64,000 nucleotides of DNA from Owenia fusiformis (taxonomy: Eukaryota). Position 1 is the first letter of the stretch. The number at the start of each line of letters is the position of its first letter. The notes below the pieces were generated by a model, which did not search any database, was not told where the DNA came from, and saw nothing but the letters and a program-made list of their open reading frames with translations. The stretch is taken from assembly GCA_903813345.2 (NCBI GenBank), contig CAIIXF020000001.1, positions 11,098,001 through 11,162,000 of the forward strand, written 5' to 3'. Below are positions 1 to 12,904 of the stretch, piece by piece. The position numbers were made by a program, and so were the translations under genes.

Positions 1-1627
1 CAAAACAACGTGTTAAAGGAGCAATCTACCCTAAGAATAAATACAAGACTTGTACACGATAAAATGTCACCACTTGGTTACACACAGTGTTAGAGTGTGA
101 AAACCTATCTCAATGTTAGTCCTTGAATTCGTTACCATGGTAATACATATGGACATTTTATCCTACCCAAGGTAATCGCTACATACGACTTTTAAGTCAA
201 TCTGAACATGGGTTTTCTAGATATCACTTTGTAACAAAAGTTAGAAGTGTCCAATAATAGTCCATAATACGTTACCACGGTAACATGTGTTGCCCAAAAC
301 TCGGACCAAAACTGTACACTCTTGTAACATCTTTATAGATACTCGTCATTGTATGAATGCCAAATCAAACTATCAGTTTCAGCTCGTTACAAATATTCTT
401 TTTACACTTTAATTCGATGCCATGGTAACATGCATTGTCAAATATTCTCTATAACTTATGATGACATGCCAACTATGCGTTCGTTTTCAAATTTCTTAGC
501 CGATTCGGACTGTAAAACATTCAAAAATTAAAAAGGAACGAAACAACCGATAACAAAGGGTACAATATTTTTACTATTCGTTTGTAAGATCACAAACTTT
601 CCAACTCAACGAAAACACATCTGGAAATTGGGCACAATCATTAAAAATGTCAAGAACTCAAGATTCCCTCTTGCCTCTAGGCGTTGTCACTTTAACACGG
701 GCAATACGAATGCGTTTGACGGGTAAAATTATCATCTCAAAGTATATAAAACTAGTTAATAGAGAGTACTATATTATTTAGGCGGTTAACCACAGATAGA
801 GTAATCGCTTGTAAAGATATCTGCAACATGGTTTCGCCTCTGAGACAAAAGCTCTAATGACAGTTATAATCATAATTGCTTGTATTTAATGCAACTTTAA
901 TGAATATGATATCAACACCGAATTTTCAAAGTTCTGTTGGGGTTTTTATCCAACCACAGTTATCGCACAAGATTGAAAAATAGAAGCTCCAATAAAAAAG
1001 AATGGTACAGACTAACTTAGAGACCAACTAAATACTTTCCAGTTTTCGTTTTTAGTATTTTACAATTTTAGTTTCGTTGCCAGTTGCTTATTAGTTGTCT
1101 GTAAATCAAGGCTTTGGTTGCTTTCAGAAGGTCAAGGTCATCTGTTTTCATATTGAGGTCATATGAGGCAAACGTAAAATTATCAAACTTATAAGTTAAC
1201 AACAATCTAGCATGCTAAATGAAATGATGGGATGATGGAAAATAGTTAAGTCTACTTTCATTTTCAGTATCTAAATTGGTTGAAATAATCCTTTGGTTGT
1301 TACAGTCTAGATGATAGTAATGCTGAAAGCGTACGTTCTCCCAATGTGTCGTATTTGGAAACACATACCGTATATTAATTACGTCATTTTGGCGTATTTG
1401 TTTTACCCATCCCATTTAGAATTTAACCTGAAACTAAGGACAAGAACATTGGTGTTTGGATGTTGTCATTCTGTCAACACAGTGGTACAATAAGTACTGT
1501 ACTTATACCATGTAATGTGGCTGATTGGCTTAGAAAATGTCGGCATTGGGATGAGTAATTATATTATACACTATCACACCTAGTTCGAGATTATTTACTT
1601 TTCCTGTCTGGCTTGGACACTGTTTTT
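1..1627 (+). repeat. Copy 1 of a >=1.6 kb direct duplication (copy 2 at ~19204-20888); left end lies outside the window
   Basis: Colinear near-identity from caaaacaacgtgttaaagg to ggcttggacactgtttt with small indels; twin spurious ORFs 1311-1493 and 20574-20756. Confidence 0.9.
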
Positions 1628-1767
1628 TTGATTTGTTTCCGGTAAGAAACATTGTTTAACCATTCGGTATACAGTTAAGAGCATAGGATGTCGACATGGC
1701 AGTAAATATTGAAAATATTGTCCGAAATTTTCGAAATTCCCTCTTACCCGAAACAAATCCATTTTAC

Positions 1768-1845
1768 ACGGAAGTGACGTAACGAAAAACCAAGTTCGTG
1801 CTATTACGGAAGAGTTCGGGAAATTCCGTTATAACCGCCATCTTA
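1768..1845. promoter_or_regulatory. Possible promoter-like motif cluster (ETS-CRE-like plus YY1-like)
   Basis: CGGAAGTGACGT at ~1769-1780 and CCGCCATCTT at ~1835-1844 in a locally CpG-richer patch. Could be transposon-internal sequence. Confidence 0.3.
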
Positions 1846-2172
1846 ATCGAACTTCGACCAAAAGAGCCATAAGAAACAAAAAGACCTCGTTCTGCCAACT
1901 AACCCAGACAATCGGCGGTTCCAATATATTAGAAGTTACATTTTGAGTTGTAGAATGCATTGAGGTAGGTTTCTTAAGTGGAAGGGGCGTAGATAATTCT
2001 CCCAAGTTGTAATCGTACAGGCAAATGTATTGGCTCCGTACAGGACTATAGTCCGGGAACAGGATAAGTTCAAAAGATTAGAACCTCGATCATTTCTTGT
2101 GAGTCTTGGAGTTTTTTGTGTGTAATAAGACCAAAATTCACTATTCAGATAATTCAAGGAATATTCCTTTAA

Positions 2173-2688
2173 AGGAATATTCCTTGCCAGACCCTTTCTC
2201 TCTTGATATGGTAGCTATAATCATATATATAGTTTCCATATTTAGCAAAACATGGGGAAATGTTTTAATATGGTCAATATTGATCATTTAAAAATCTAGT
2301 GCTTATTTCCAGTGAGCTGCCATCTTTTAAGATTTCTTGCAGGAAGTGATGTCATCAACTCTCAACTTCTATAACCTTGCCCATAACAGTATAGGAAAGT
2401 AGCACAAAATCACTTCTAGACAAGTGATCATTACTTTCTGTGCAAAAATATTTTCAGGGCTTGTCAACTTAGAATAAAAGAAGAGATTTTCAGAAGGATT
2501 AAATAAGATACAAAGTTGAAAAAGAATATTTTCAAAGATGGCAGCTTACTGGAATTGAGCATCACATTTCTAAGTGATCAAATTTGACCATATCAAAACA
2601 TTTTTGCGTGTTTTGCTAAACATGGCAAGCATATATATGGTTATAGCTACCATATGAGGAGAGAGATAGTTTGGCAAGGAATATTCCT
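2173..2688. mobile_element. Non-autonomous DNA transposon with TTAA TSD (Kolobok-like MITE)
   Basis: TTAA|AGGAATATTCCTTGCCA ... TGGCAAGGAATATTCCT|TTAA; imperfect inverted arms of ~170 bp. Confidence 0.75.
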
Positions 2689-2877
2689 TTAAAGTAAACA
2701 AAATAAATGGCGGCTGTGTTCAAGTATTGTTATCACGACATGCCCATGGCAAAAATATCGATGTTGCATTCTGGGGGCCAATCCTCCTTGGCCAATAGCT
2801 TATTCTAAATGCCAATATGATTTTTTAGAATTTTAAAGATGATCCTGGCACCCAGCACTAGGTTATGAAGGTGAAAT

Positions 2878-4910
2878 CAGTACTGTCAAGTGTCAACCCC
2901 TAAAGATTTTCTCGCGGGACAGATTTTTTAGACCCAGTGCCCAAAATTCGCGGGATTTTGCGGGACATCTACTAAATTCGCGGGATTTTGCGGGACATTT
3001 AAGGGATTTGCGTGATTGCGCTAATAGGAGATCCTTTTTTTATCAAATTCGCGGGATTTCGCGGGACCATTTGAGGGACAAACACCCTAATTGCGGGACA
3101 GTTAACAGGTGTACCACCAAAAACTTCATAGAGGGACAGATTTTTTAGACAAAGTGCCCTAAATTTGCGGGATTTCGTGGGACATCCACCTAAATTTGCA
3201 GGATGTCCCGGGACATTCAAGGGATTTGCGTGATTGGGACTAATGTAAAAGCGTGTAGAAGTACTTAAATCAAACTTTCAGATACTGATTAATCAAATAT
3301 AATGCACCGTTACATTGTAACTTAAATAAACGTCAACACAATTTCACAAAATACGCATAGGAATATTATTAAACTTTATTGTAATTTATCAAAAACAAAA
3401 ACCATGCTTCAGGTGTGATTACCGTAATCTAACACGAAATTCAAAAATTCGGAACAATACTTTGCACTTCTGGCGTGTGACCAACTATGAAACGCTTACC
3501 CCCATAATGTTATATATTAAAATGTACCTATTCATATACTGTAGGCATGGGCTTTCAATTGAAAGCCCATGATATAGGGGTTCGATTAATCTACATCAAA
3601 TTATAGGGAATGAGGTTAATTTTCTAGATAGGGTTTGTATAAAAAACCAGGTACCGGGTAGTAAATCCTCCATGCTGGGTTCAAACTTGGTACCCGGTCG
3701 AAAAAAAACCAAAAAACGAAATATTCGAATACACAATATAATTAGATCATTAGAAAACGTGTAAGATTTGTTTTGAATTTACAAAAATGTATGTAACTTC
3801 CTTCAAAATTGAGCTAGAAGCTTCAAATAAAAAGCATTTTAAGGCTCTTCTTCCTCTATCATCTTGGTCATATTTCCATTGGTAATGAAGGGGGGGGGGG
3901 GGGGGGTGCGATCGCACCCCCTCCTGGCTACGCCAATGACATTGTAAGACGATTTGAAAAACAAGACAAATCAATCTTACTCTATTTTCAATAGTTCGTA
4001 TGTTGGTACGTGAATTGTTTTGATTATGATTTAAATCTGTAAATAGCTATCGTTGCTTTAGCAGAGAGGTGACGTGATTTAATTTGCATGATGCAACATG
4101 TAAGATTTTGATTATTAATCATAATTTAAGTTATCCCAATTTATGACAAAATGTCCACTGAATTGTAAATTGTTATGTCTTACAAAGGAGAGGGTGCGAT
4201 GGTGCGATCGCACCCCCCCCCCATAACCAATGAAAATATGGCCATAACGATAGAAGAAGAAAAGTGCCTTAAAATATGCTTTTTATTTGAAGCTTCTAGC
4301 TCAATTTTGAATCATGTTACACACATTTTTGCAAATTCAAAACAAATCTTACACGTTTTCTCATAATCTAATTATGTTATATATTCGTATTTTTCGTTTT
4401 TTGGGTACCCGTTTTTTTTGACCGGGTACCCGGTACCAAGTTTGAACCCAGCATGGAGGATTTACTACCCGGTACCCGGTTTTTTATACAAACCCTTTCT
4501 AGATATCAGCGTACATTTATTGTAACTCGCGTTTGCTAACATTTGCTCAGTTCTGAGATGAAGGCCACACGGGTAGTAAAAAGGCCAACGTTGGAACTAT
4601 TTGTGACCTACATCCCTATTTTCGTAATTAAAATGAAAGTTGAACCCTTCCCCTTTATTTTGATACCAAACAACAGCATGCTAGGTACTTGAAATTAGGT
4701 AAACTTTACTCCTCAAAAGTGCAAAAACTTAGCTTCTTATATAAGATAAGATAATCAAAATATAGGGGATTGCAACAATTTCGGAAATTCGCGAAGGTCA
4801 AAGCCACATTTTGCGGGACTACGCGGGACAATGCGGGACATGCGAATTAGCCTAATTTTGATCAAATTCGCGGGATAATCCCGCCAATCGCGGGACACTT
4901 GACAGCTCTG
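2878..4910. mobile_element. hAT-like non-autonomous element with 6-bp TSD, hosting a nested MULE-like MITE
   Basis: TIR CAGTACTGTCAAGTGTC / GACACTTGACAGCTCTG (15/17 match); TSD tgaaat at 2872-2877 and 4911-4916; subterminal GCGGGA repeats at both ends. Confidence 0.75.
3631..4495. mobile_element. Mutator (MULE)-like MITE with long TIRs
   Basis: ~300-bp inverted arms starting GGGTTTGTATAAAAAACC; 10-bp TSD tttctagata (3621-3630 and 4496-4505); a fragment of the arm recurs at ~5421-5463. Confidence 0.85.
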
Positions 4911-5626
4911 TGAAATTCCCCTATCATATTTTCTTGCGCATGTGTCTCATGATTCGATTGGTCCATTCATGGAATAAGGTTCTCCACTTCTATTTTATGA
5001 ATTTTGCAATCATCTTATACATATTCAGTATTATCTGGCCAGAATAGCAAGATTGAGGTTTGAATTATTAATCCCTATATCATTTAGGATGTTTTCTCAC
5101 ATGACTAGTCTGCGACTCGATAAAGAAGAATTATCAAAGCTCATCAAGAATGGACGATCTTGCACAGGTACTCATATAAGAACCTTCATATCTCAGGTGT
5201 GTATGACTGCTAAAACTTTCGTGACCTCTTGATACAAATCAATGTAAAGCATCATGTTCACTGTTCACAGGAATTTGTCAAGAGTAAAATACTATAGAAG
5301 TCAATGAACAAACATCAACTGGAAAGCACTTATAGACGACAAGGGATCATTTACTTTAGTCTAACATGTATGATTCATGATATACAAGGTTACACTGTAA
5401 TGTTGTCGTAACCTTGCCTGATGGAGGATTTACTACCCTGTACCCGTTTTTTTCTACAAACCCACTCAGAATCTCCCCTCATGACGTCTGTCACAAACTC
5501 TTGATACATGTCTCAAGTATATTTACACATGTAACCTATACATGGGCTATATGTAGTATAGGCTCTAGTGTATAGGTACATGAATTTTAATATCTAGAGA
5601 AGTATCACAAATAATATTTGTTCCAG

Positions 5627-8600
5627 GTGGGGGCAGTGGTATAGGGCGCCTTCTAGCACAGCGACTTGCGAAACTTGGTGCTACAATTGTGATATGGGAC
5701 ATCAACAAAGAAGGCAATGAGGAAACTGCAAGGCTTATTACAGAGAATGGAGGAAAGGCACATGCATATATTTGTGATATAAGGTACATACAAGTTCATC
5801 ATTCCAAGATGAGATGTGATCATATTCACTATGTTGGTATAGTCAGACCATTCATAACAAGTCAACATCAGGCATCAGCAAATTATTTTTTCTGTGTTGT
5901 AACTTGTATTTCCTAGTAAGACACACTAATGGTGATACCAGTCCTATATTGATTGATGATATTTATTGATATAATCCTTGAGAACATTTTGTACAGGTTG
6001 AAACTTTAATACTGCTTGATAATTTTGTCCAAATTTTGAACAGTGTACCTGCACAGAGTGTCTCGAAAGTATGCCCCCCCCCCCAGGCAGGCCTATGGGG
6101 ACATTGGTGTATGTCTGCCTAGGGGGGCCCCGTACCTTCGGGACACCCTGTATACAGATTTGAGGATGGATCTGTGGGGGCTAAGGCCCAAAATACATAT
6201 TTAGGACCCAAATTTTTTATTTCTATTTTTAGCCCTTATTTTTAAACGGAGAAAAATGAACTTTGTTTGGATAAAGGTTCCAAATTTGTCATTTCCAGAT
6301 CTGCCTCCTGTACAATACAAAACGACTGTACAGTTTCAAAAATATTTCCATTTCCAGTAATAATTCAGAAATCTCAGTATGCAGTGAGACAGTTAAGAGA
6401 GAGGTGGGTTGTGTCAGTATGCTCATAAACAATGCTGGCATCGTGAGTGGGAAGAAGTTCATAGACACAACTGAAAAGGACATTGTAAAGACATTTGAGG
6501 TGAACACATTCGCGCATGTTTGGGTAAGTGATTTCAGGCTGGTTCTATTTGCATGTTCATATTCTATAGTTAATGAAAACATAAAGAATGAAATCCTGTA
6601 CTCAAATATAAAGGTAGAATTGAATCTAAATGGTTTGTATATATATCTACAGTAAAACTCTCAGTGAACACCTCTCTCTAGGAACACCTGTGTTTAGTGA
6701 AGACCACTTCAAGAAACATTTTACTTTGACTACATATCTACATATAAACCTCTCTGTAGTGAACACCTACCTACAGTAAACACTTTAATGTGGCTCCATA
6801 GGTGATCACTATACAGTATATGAGCTTTATTGTATATTGAGCAAGGGAGTCTATAGCTAGTATTTTGCTTTGTATTTTATATAAATCAATTCCCTCCCAA
6901 ATATCCAAACTCTCCGGCTCCCCGCAGTTTCTTCATTCATGAGCACATATTATTCTTTGATTAGAGATCGAATACAATTTACAAGTTTGATGATAGAGGA
7001 GTTTCCATATAGCTTTGAAGTCTCACTAATTCTCGTTTTTTCATGGAACTTTAAGAGATTTCCACTTTTAACCTCTAATGGCAATTTTTTTTTCTTATAG
7101 CATATTTGAATTCAGTGAAAAGTATTCCACAATAATAACTTGATTTATACAGTTATGTCATTTAAATCATGTTCCAAGACTTTTAAAAAAAAACTTTGGC
7201 AAAACCTCCATTGATGCAATACTTAGATTCTTTAAAACCTTGGTTTATTTGTTTGACAACCAAAAATTTCATGCTTAATCAAAATATGTACATTGACAGG
7301 GTCATTCCAAAGTATGCCATTTGAGTTTCAGACAGATTCAACTAACACTTTTCATAAAATATTAAATCAAGTGTTTTTTGGAAGTGATATGGATGGCTAT
7401 GACAGCCTGGTCCAAGCAAAATGAAGAATGACAAGGGTGGCATCTATTCTGTCAGCTTTATTCAGCTATATAGAAATATATTAAAATATATTAAGAGCTA
7501 AAATGTTTGTGTTTCAGACAGCCAAGGCATTCCTGCCAGACATGATTAAGAACCAACATGGTCATATAGTGAACATTGTCAGCTCTGCAGGATATATTGG
7601 TATATGTTTTATTTTTATTGATGATTGAAAATTAAATGAAAATTTTGAAAAAATGAAACGTTCATTGTAATCATACAGACTCATAAAATAAGCTATGATG
7701 GTAGCATATCTACATTTTGACAGAAAAGCTGACTTCTGCTGGCACCCATATAAAACAGAACAGTGCCTAACTAGAATTTATTTTATGTGCTCTTTCTTGA
7801 CAATTATATTTTTATGTCACCACCACGGCATCTCCAACTTTGATATGGATGGTGTTCGGCATCTGGTTGGTGTTTGGATGGCAGGTGGTGACATTTTGCA
7901 TGCTAATACTTTGTTATACTGATGTAGCAATATTAATTTTTCATATTCATACTGCATTTATTCAATTGATCTTATTCAGGGGCTTTGTAACGCACATTTG
8001 ATAAAAATTTTCAATTGGCATCTTGATTTTCTTCTCTTGCACTCAGCCTTGAGAGTTAAATAATCATCTACATCTCAGAAACATTCACATCAGTTACACA
8101 CTATAATATTTTTCTCCAGGTGTCAATAGTTTATCAGACTACTGTGCCTCTAAGTTTGCTAGTGTTGGCCTCACTGAGTGCCTTGACCTTGAACTCCACT
8201 TTGCTGGCCATGACTACATCAACACCACCCTTGTATGCCCCTACTATATAGACACTGGCATGTTTGCAGGATGTCAAACAAGGTAAATAATGATATAATT
8301 AAGAAATATAGACTGAAGAGCAGGGTTAATATTGTTGAATACACCTCGCATCGCTAGGCACAAAAGTTTTCTGTACCCTGAAGTGAGGGGTTCGAAAGCT
8401 TTGTGCCTAGCCCTAAGGGGTGTATTGAACGATATTACACCTGCTCTGAGGTCTATATTACAATTCGAACATGAAAATTCACCAAAATGTTTCGAATATT
8501 TATTATGGTACACCATTACTACGGCCCACAGTTATGACTTCACACATTACTCGTATTATCAGGTGTACTGTTCGCGAATATACCCCGGATGTTCGAATAT

Positions 8601-11600
8601 ACAAATATTTCATAATATAGAGGTGAATTATTATCTGATCATCTTTCAATGATTCTTGCAAGGTGTATTACCCAAAGCCCGAAGACAATCCTGACCAAGA
8701 ATTTTTGTTCACTGTGTTTTATTCTGTAACAAACTGTTACACTTTTGTAACCATTTGCAATAAAGAGCATATGTTTCATCAAAACTGACTTACATGTACA
8801 TTGTATTCTGTTCTAGATTTCCATGGCTCTTACCCATTCTGAACCCTGACTATGCAGCAGATAGAATCACGCAGGCTATATTGACCAATCAGAAGCAATT
8901 ATGCATTCCACGTATAATATACTTTCTTGTTATGTTGAAAACGTGAGTATTATTGTCGACATTACTAAAGAGCGAAGCCTACATGCCACAGGTTGATCAA
9001 TGATACCATCTGTGTGTGATGATTGCATGTATTACTGTATGTGACTGTTCATACCATATTGTGTGATGTTTGCCTGTATTACTTTATGTGACCGTTGCTA
9101 CCATATTGTGTGATGTTTGTGTGTGTTACTGTATGTGACTGTTGCTACCATATAGGTGTGATGTTTGCATGTATTACTGTTTATGACTGTTGCTACCATA
9201 TAGGTGTGATGTTTGTGTATGTTACTGGATGTGACCATTGCTACCATATAATGTGATGTTTGTGTGGGTTTTATGAATATTGAGTGACGTTTGCTTGCAT
9301 AATGACCACTGTTAGTTTACAACCATGACCATTGCTTCCATATTGAGTGATATTTGCTTGCATAATGACCATTGCTACCATATTGAGTGATGTTTGTTTG
9401 CATTTTATGACCATAGCTACCATATTGTGTGGTGTTTGTTTGCATTATATGACCATTGCTACCATATTGTGTGGTGTTTGTTTGCATAATGACCATAGCT
9501 ACCATATTGTGTGATGTTTGCTTGTGCCATAGAGAGAATTGTTTCCTTAAGTCTATCTGTGTGTGTTTTTGTTAGTTTTAAGCCATTACTAAAAACATTT
9601 TGATTTTCTATCTTTTTAAGTCCTTTTGTTTTTGAATGCTTTAATTATTTCACTCATTTCAGTAAAATTAAATAAACACTAAACCCTAACTCAATTCATG
9701 CTAGCATTATAAGCCACTTGAGAATTTATTTTTGGGTAATGTTTAAGCACTTCCATATTTCATTTGTGATAAATATTAGAAATCCCATTTTGCCTGAATT
9801 GCACCAAACACCTAATTATTTACTCTAAAGCCCAATTATTTAACACAAAGCTGAGATACATTTTGAAGTAGCACTTGTGTTACCTGTTTTAGAGTTTTGC
9901 CATTTGTGTATTAACTATTTGTTGATTATTTCAGGCTCACTCCTATTTCAGTGCTAAAACCTGTTTACAGGTTTTTAGGTGTACATACCTTTATGGATAA
10001 TTATAAGCCAAAAGTGGTATAAATAAATGATTTTGTTACTTATGCACATTAGGCCTATATGGGTTGATTGTCTGTTTAGCAGTACCTGGTGTGTTATCCA
10101 GAAACCTCCCCAGGGATCCTTTTTATGGCACCTTTTTGAAGTGCTATATTGTCATTGTCTTGGGCTGTTGGGCCTGCGGGTTGGTGGATGCCACATAAAT
10201 TCTGTCAGCAAAATTCTGGCAAAAGCAGTTCCCTATTCAATAATCTCATTAGGTTTTGGGCATGCTGGGTAAATTATGTGGTTGTCATTTTGAATTTTCC
10301 AATAAAAAGTGTGAAAATGTAAAAAAATAATATAGCCTAGTCAGTGGTCACTAAGCCATTCTCTCCAAAAACTGCTAATCAGACAACTATACCTTGAGGG
10401 GCCTCACTTGTATTGTTACACCATGTATCGACACTGTATGCAGATTTGAGGTTGAATGTTTTGTATACTGTATACAGATTTGTGGTTGAATGTAGCACCA
10501 TGCATGGTACAGGCTACTAATAGGGATGTCGGGTATAAATGAATGCAAAAGTGTTCTTGTGCATGCTACTGAAACCCTAATTGGACCAATCACTGAAATA
10601 TAAATAAAGGTTTATTTAAGATGTCACGGAGAAAAACTTCAAAGTTTTATTTGAGCATTTTAGATCAATATCAAAGTCATTTGATGAGCTTGTCTAGATA
10701 AGTGTGATGTGTGTCCAGTGTGATGGATAGTCCAGAGAGGATTCTTTTATATGCATGTGCACTTATAGTAAGCGAAAATTAAATTGTCTTTCTTGATGCA
10801 TAATTTTCTTATTATCCCATCGAACGAAGTTCAGAGGGATATAGGGAATGCCTCCGTCCGTCCGTCCGGGCAATAACTCAAATACCGTTGGCCCAATTTT
10901 GTTCATATTTTGTACACATATACCCTATGGAAGTAGAAGTCCTGCTCGAAAGCCGATTTTCAAAATGGCCACTCATTTCAAAATGGTGGCCATTTTAGTG
11001 CCGATTTAACAGTAATTTAGGTGCAATATGTAAAACTGTAATAGCAATATGTTTTAAATGTAAAAAAATTATAAAGGACATTAAAAAAGCTACAAATGTA
11101 GATATTAAAAAAGCACATGGCAGCCATCTTGAAAAATGGCAGCCTTTACTCGTTATTTTACGATTTTTGCTGTAACGCGAAAAGTAGTGGAGCGATTTTG
11201 TTCATATTTGGTATGTGAATACTATAAACATGGCACACTGTCCTATGACACTTTTGGTAGAAGGCGGCCATTTTGAAAAATGGCCCCATTTTAACGTATT
11301 TTACTATAACTCGAAAAGTAGTGGAGCGATTTTGTTCATATTTGATATGTGAATACTCTAAGCATGGCACATTTTGAAAAATGGCCACCATTTTTATGTG
11401 TGATATTATACATGTAGTACACACATTTAGTACATGTGTGCGATTTTTCAAAATTTTTATAGGTGGCTACTTAAAAGCATATTATTTCTTCTGATGACAA
11501 CTTGGCTAGTGAGCAACCATTTTGAAAATGATGGCCTTTCTGGTGTGTTGTTTAATGATATTTGCTATATATTTCGTTTGTAAAAATGCCAGCCATTTCT

Positions 11601-12676
11601 GTTCGATGGGATTCGCTACGCTTTGGCGTTGCCGTTGTTCTGGTTCATGTATTGTATAGAAATACACATTTTTGTTGCAAAATGTCACGATTTCTAGACG
11701 TACATGTACTGTATGTAATAACTAACGTACAGTAAAATGTGGTCATTTGTGATAGAGATACTGTATGTATGCTGGTATGTGAATGTACATGTACTATAAT
11801 ATTAATATTTACAATTAAATTCATCAAATATGATAATGCATCAATTTTCATCATTCACATTACTTGATACATTAACCAATGGTAAATTACTTTACCAGAA
11901 ATGACACCTAAAGATAACAGACTGACAGAAGTAATGCTAAAACTAAAAAGTTCATGAAATTAGTGATTGTTCAAGTCAAAATATTCTTCCATGGTTGTGG
12001 TATACTGAGACTGAAAGTTTAATCTAGGACATGTAGGAAGGGAATTTCGACTTATAGTAAACTAGTTCAATGTGCAAAAAATATGAATGTGATAAAAAAG
12101 ATCCTCTGACATTTCTGACAAAAAAATCAAGCCTGATATAAATGTACAGGGTGTCCCAGAACTCAGGAGAAATATTTGAGGGAGATTTAAGGCACTGTTG
12201 ATTTTTATTAAAATTTGGTGCACTCATGAAACATACATTAAGGAATATTTCTGAATTTATTGACATCTGAATTCTCTGTACCCTGTACTGTTATCTAGTT
12301 TTGTAATTGTTTCAATGAGAAATTACCTAATATTGATTCAACTTGGTATTAAATCCAGGTACAAAATAATAGAATGATACTTATCATTGTGACAAATAGA
12401 TGACATCAATGATGTCATAATAACTTGGTACAGGCATTGGTTTATCATTTTGTTTTGTTATTATTTTGTTTCTATAATTAATAATTTCTTATTTTTTGTT
12501 TCTATAATATATTTAGTTTCATACATAAAGTAACTTAAAATGCAATTTTATAAATTCATGTTATGTGTTTCAGGATCGTACCTGCTAGTGCATCACCGTA
12601 TGTGCATCGATTCATGGGTGGTGATAAACTGATGGCAAACTTTGTTGGACGACAAGGGAACAAAAAGACCAACTAA
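5627..12676 (+). CDS. SDR16C-family short-chain dehydrogenase/reductase (SDR16C5/RDH10/HSD17B11-like); 5' coding exon not found; two alternative last exons
   Basis: GT-AG exons with matching phases: 5627-5783, 6358-6523, 7518-7599, 8120-8282, 8817-8942, then 9935-10022 or 12574-12676. Motifs GGGSGIG, WDIN, LINNAG, SSAG, catalytic [16 protein letters not shown]. Confidence 0.93.
6054..6150. mobile_element. Small Tc1/mariner-type MITE (CAGGGTGTC-ended family)
   Basis: cagagtgtctcgaaagta ... taccttcgggacaccctg|ta palindrome. Confidence 0.55.
6649..6832. mobile_element. pogo/Tigger-like MITE; related fragments at ~36676-36842 and ~40691-40870
   Basis: ta|cagtaaaactc ... gagctttattg|ta with internal gtgaacacctct repeats. 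Confidence 0.55.
7030..7475 (+). repeat. Dispersed repeat, diverged copy at ~55090-55515
   Basis: Shared blocks agcatatttgaatt, cagttatgtcatttaaatcat, gagtttcagacagattcaac, tttattcagctat in the same order. Confidence 0.75.
9003..9525 (+). repeat. Degenerate minisatellite, ~36-40 bp unit (gctaccatattgtgtgatgtttg...)
   Basis: About 13 diverged units in the SDR intron; source of the repetitive ORF 9317-9505. Confidence 0.9.
10811..11645 (+). mobile_element. Helentron-associated interspersed element (HINE/DINE-1-like)
   Basis: Sub-terminal IR ATCCCATCGAAC (10814-10825) / GTTCGATGGGAT (11601-11612); (GTCC)n microsatellite near the 5' end; internal ~134-bp repeats; small 3' stem-loop acgc-tttg-gcgt; T-rich flanks. 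Confidence 0.8.
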
Positions 12677-12904
12677 AGAAATTAATGTGGAATGAATATT
12701 TAGCACTTCCTCTTCGGGACTATTAATTCAACTTACGATTCAAGAAAATGCAATAATTTATGACTACAGATTTATGATAGTTTACTAATTAAAGATGTCT
12801 TCATGAACATTTTAGTTTCACCAAAATCTCAAAAGAGGGAGTGTCTCAAAGCACATAGCAATGCAACATGTTTTGAAACTGCTTATCAAACCAAAGATGA
12901 ACTT

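Noticed and set aside
9317-9505. Repetitive peptide ORF ([13 protein letters not shown])n
   Set aside because: Translation of an intronic minisatellite.
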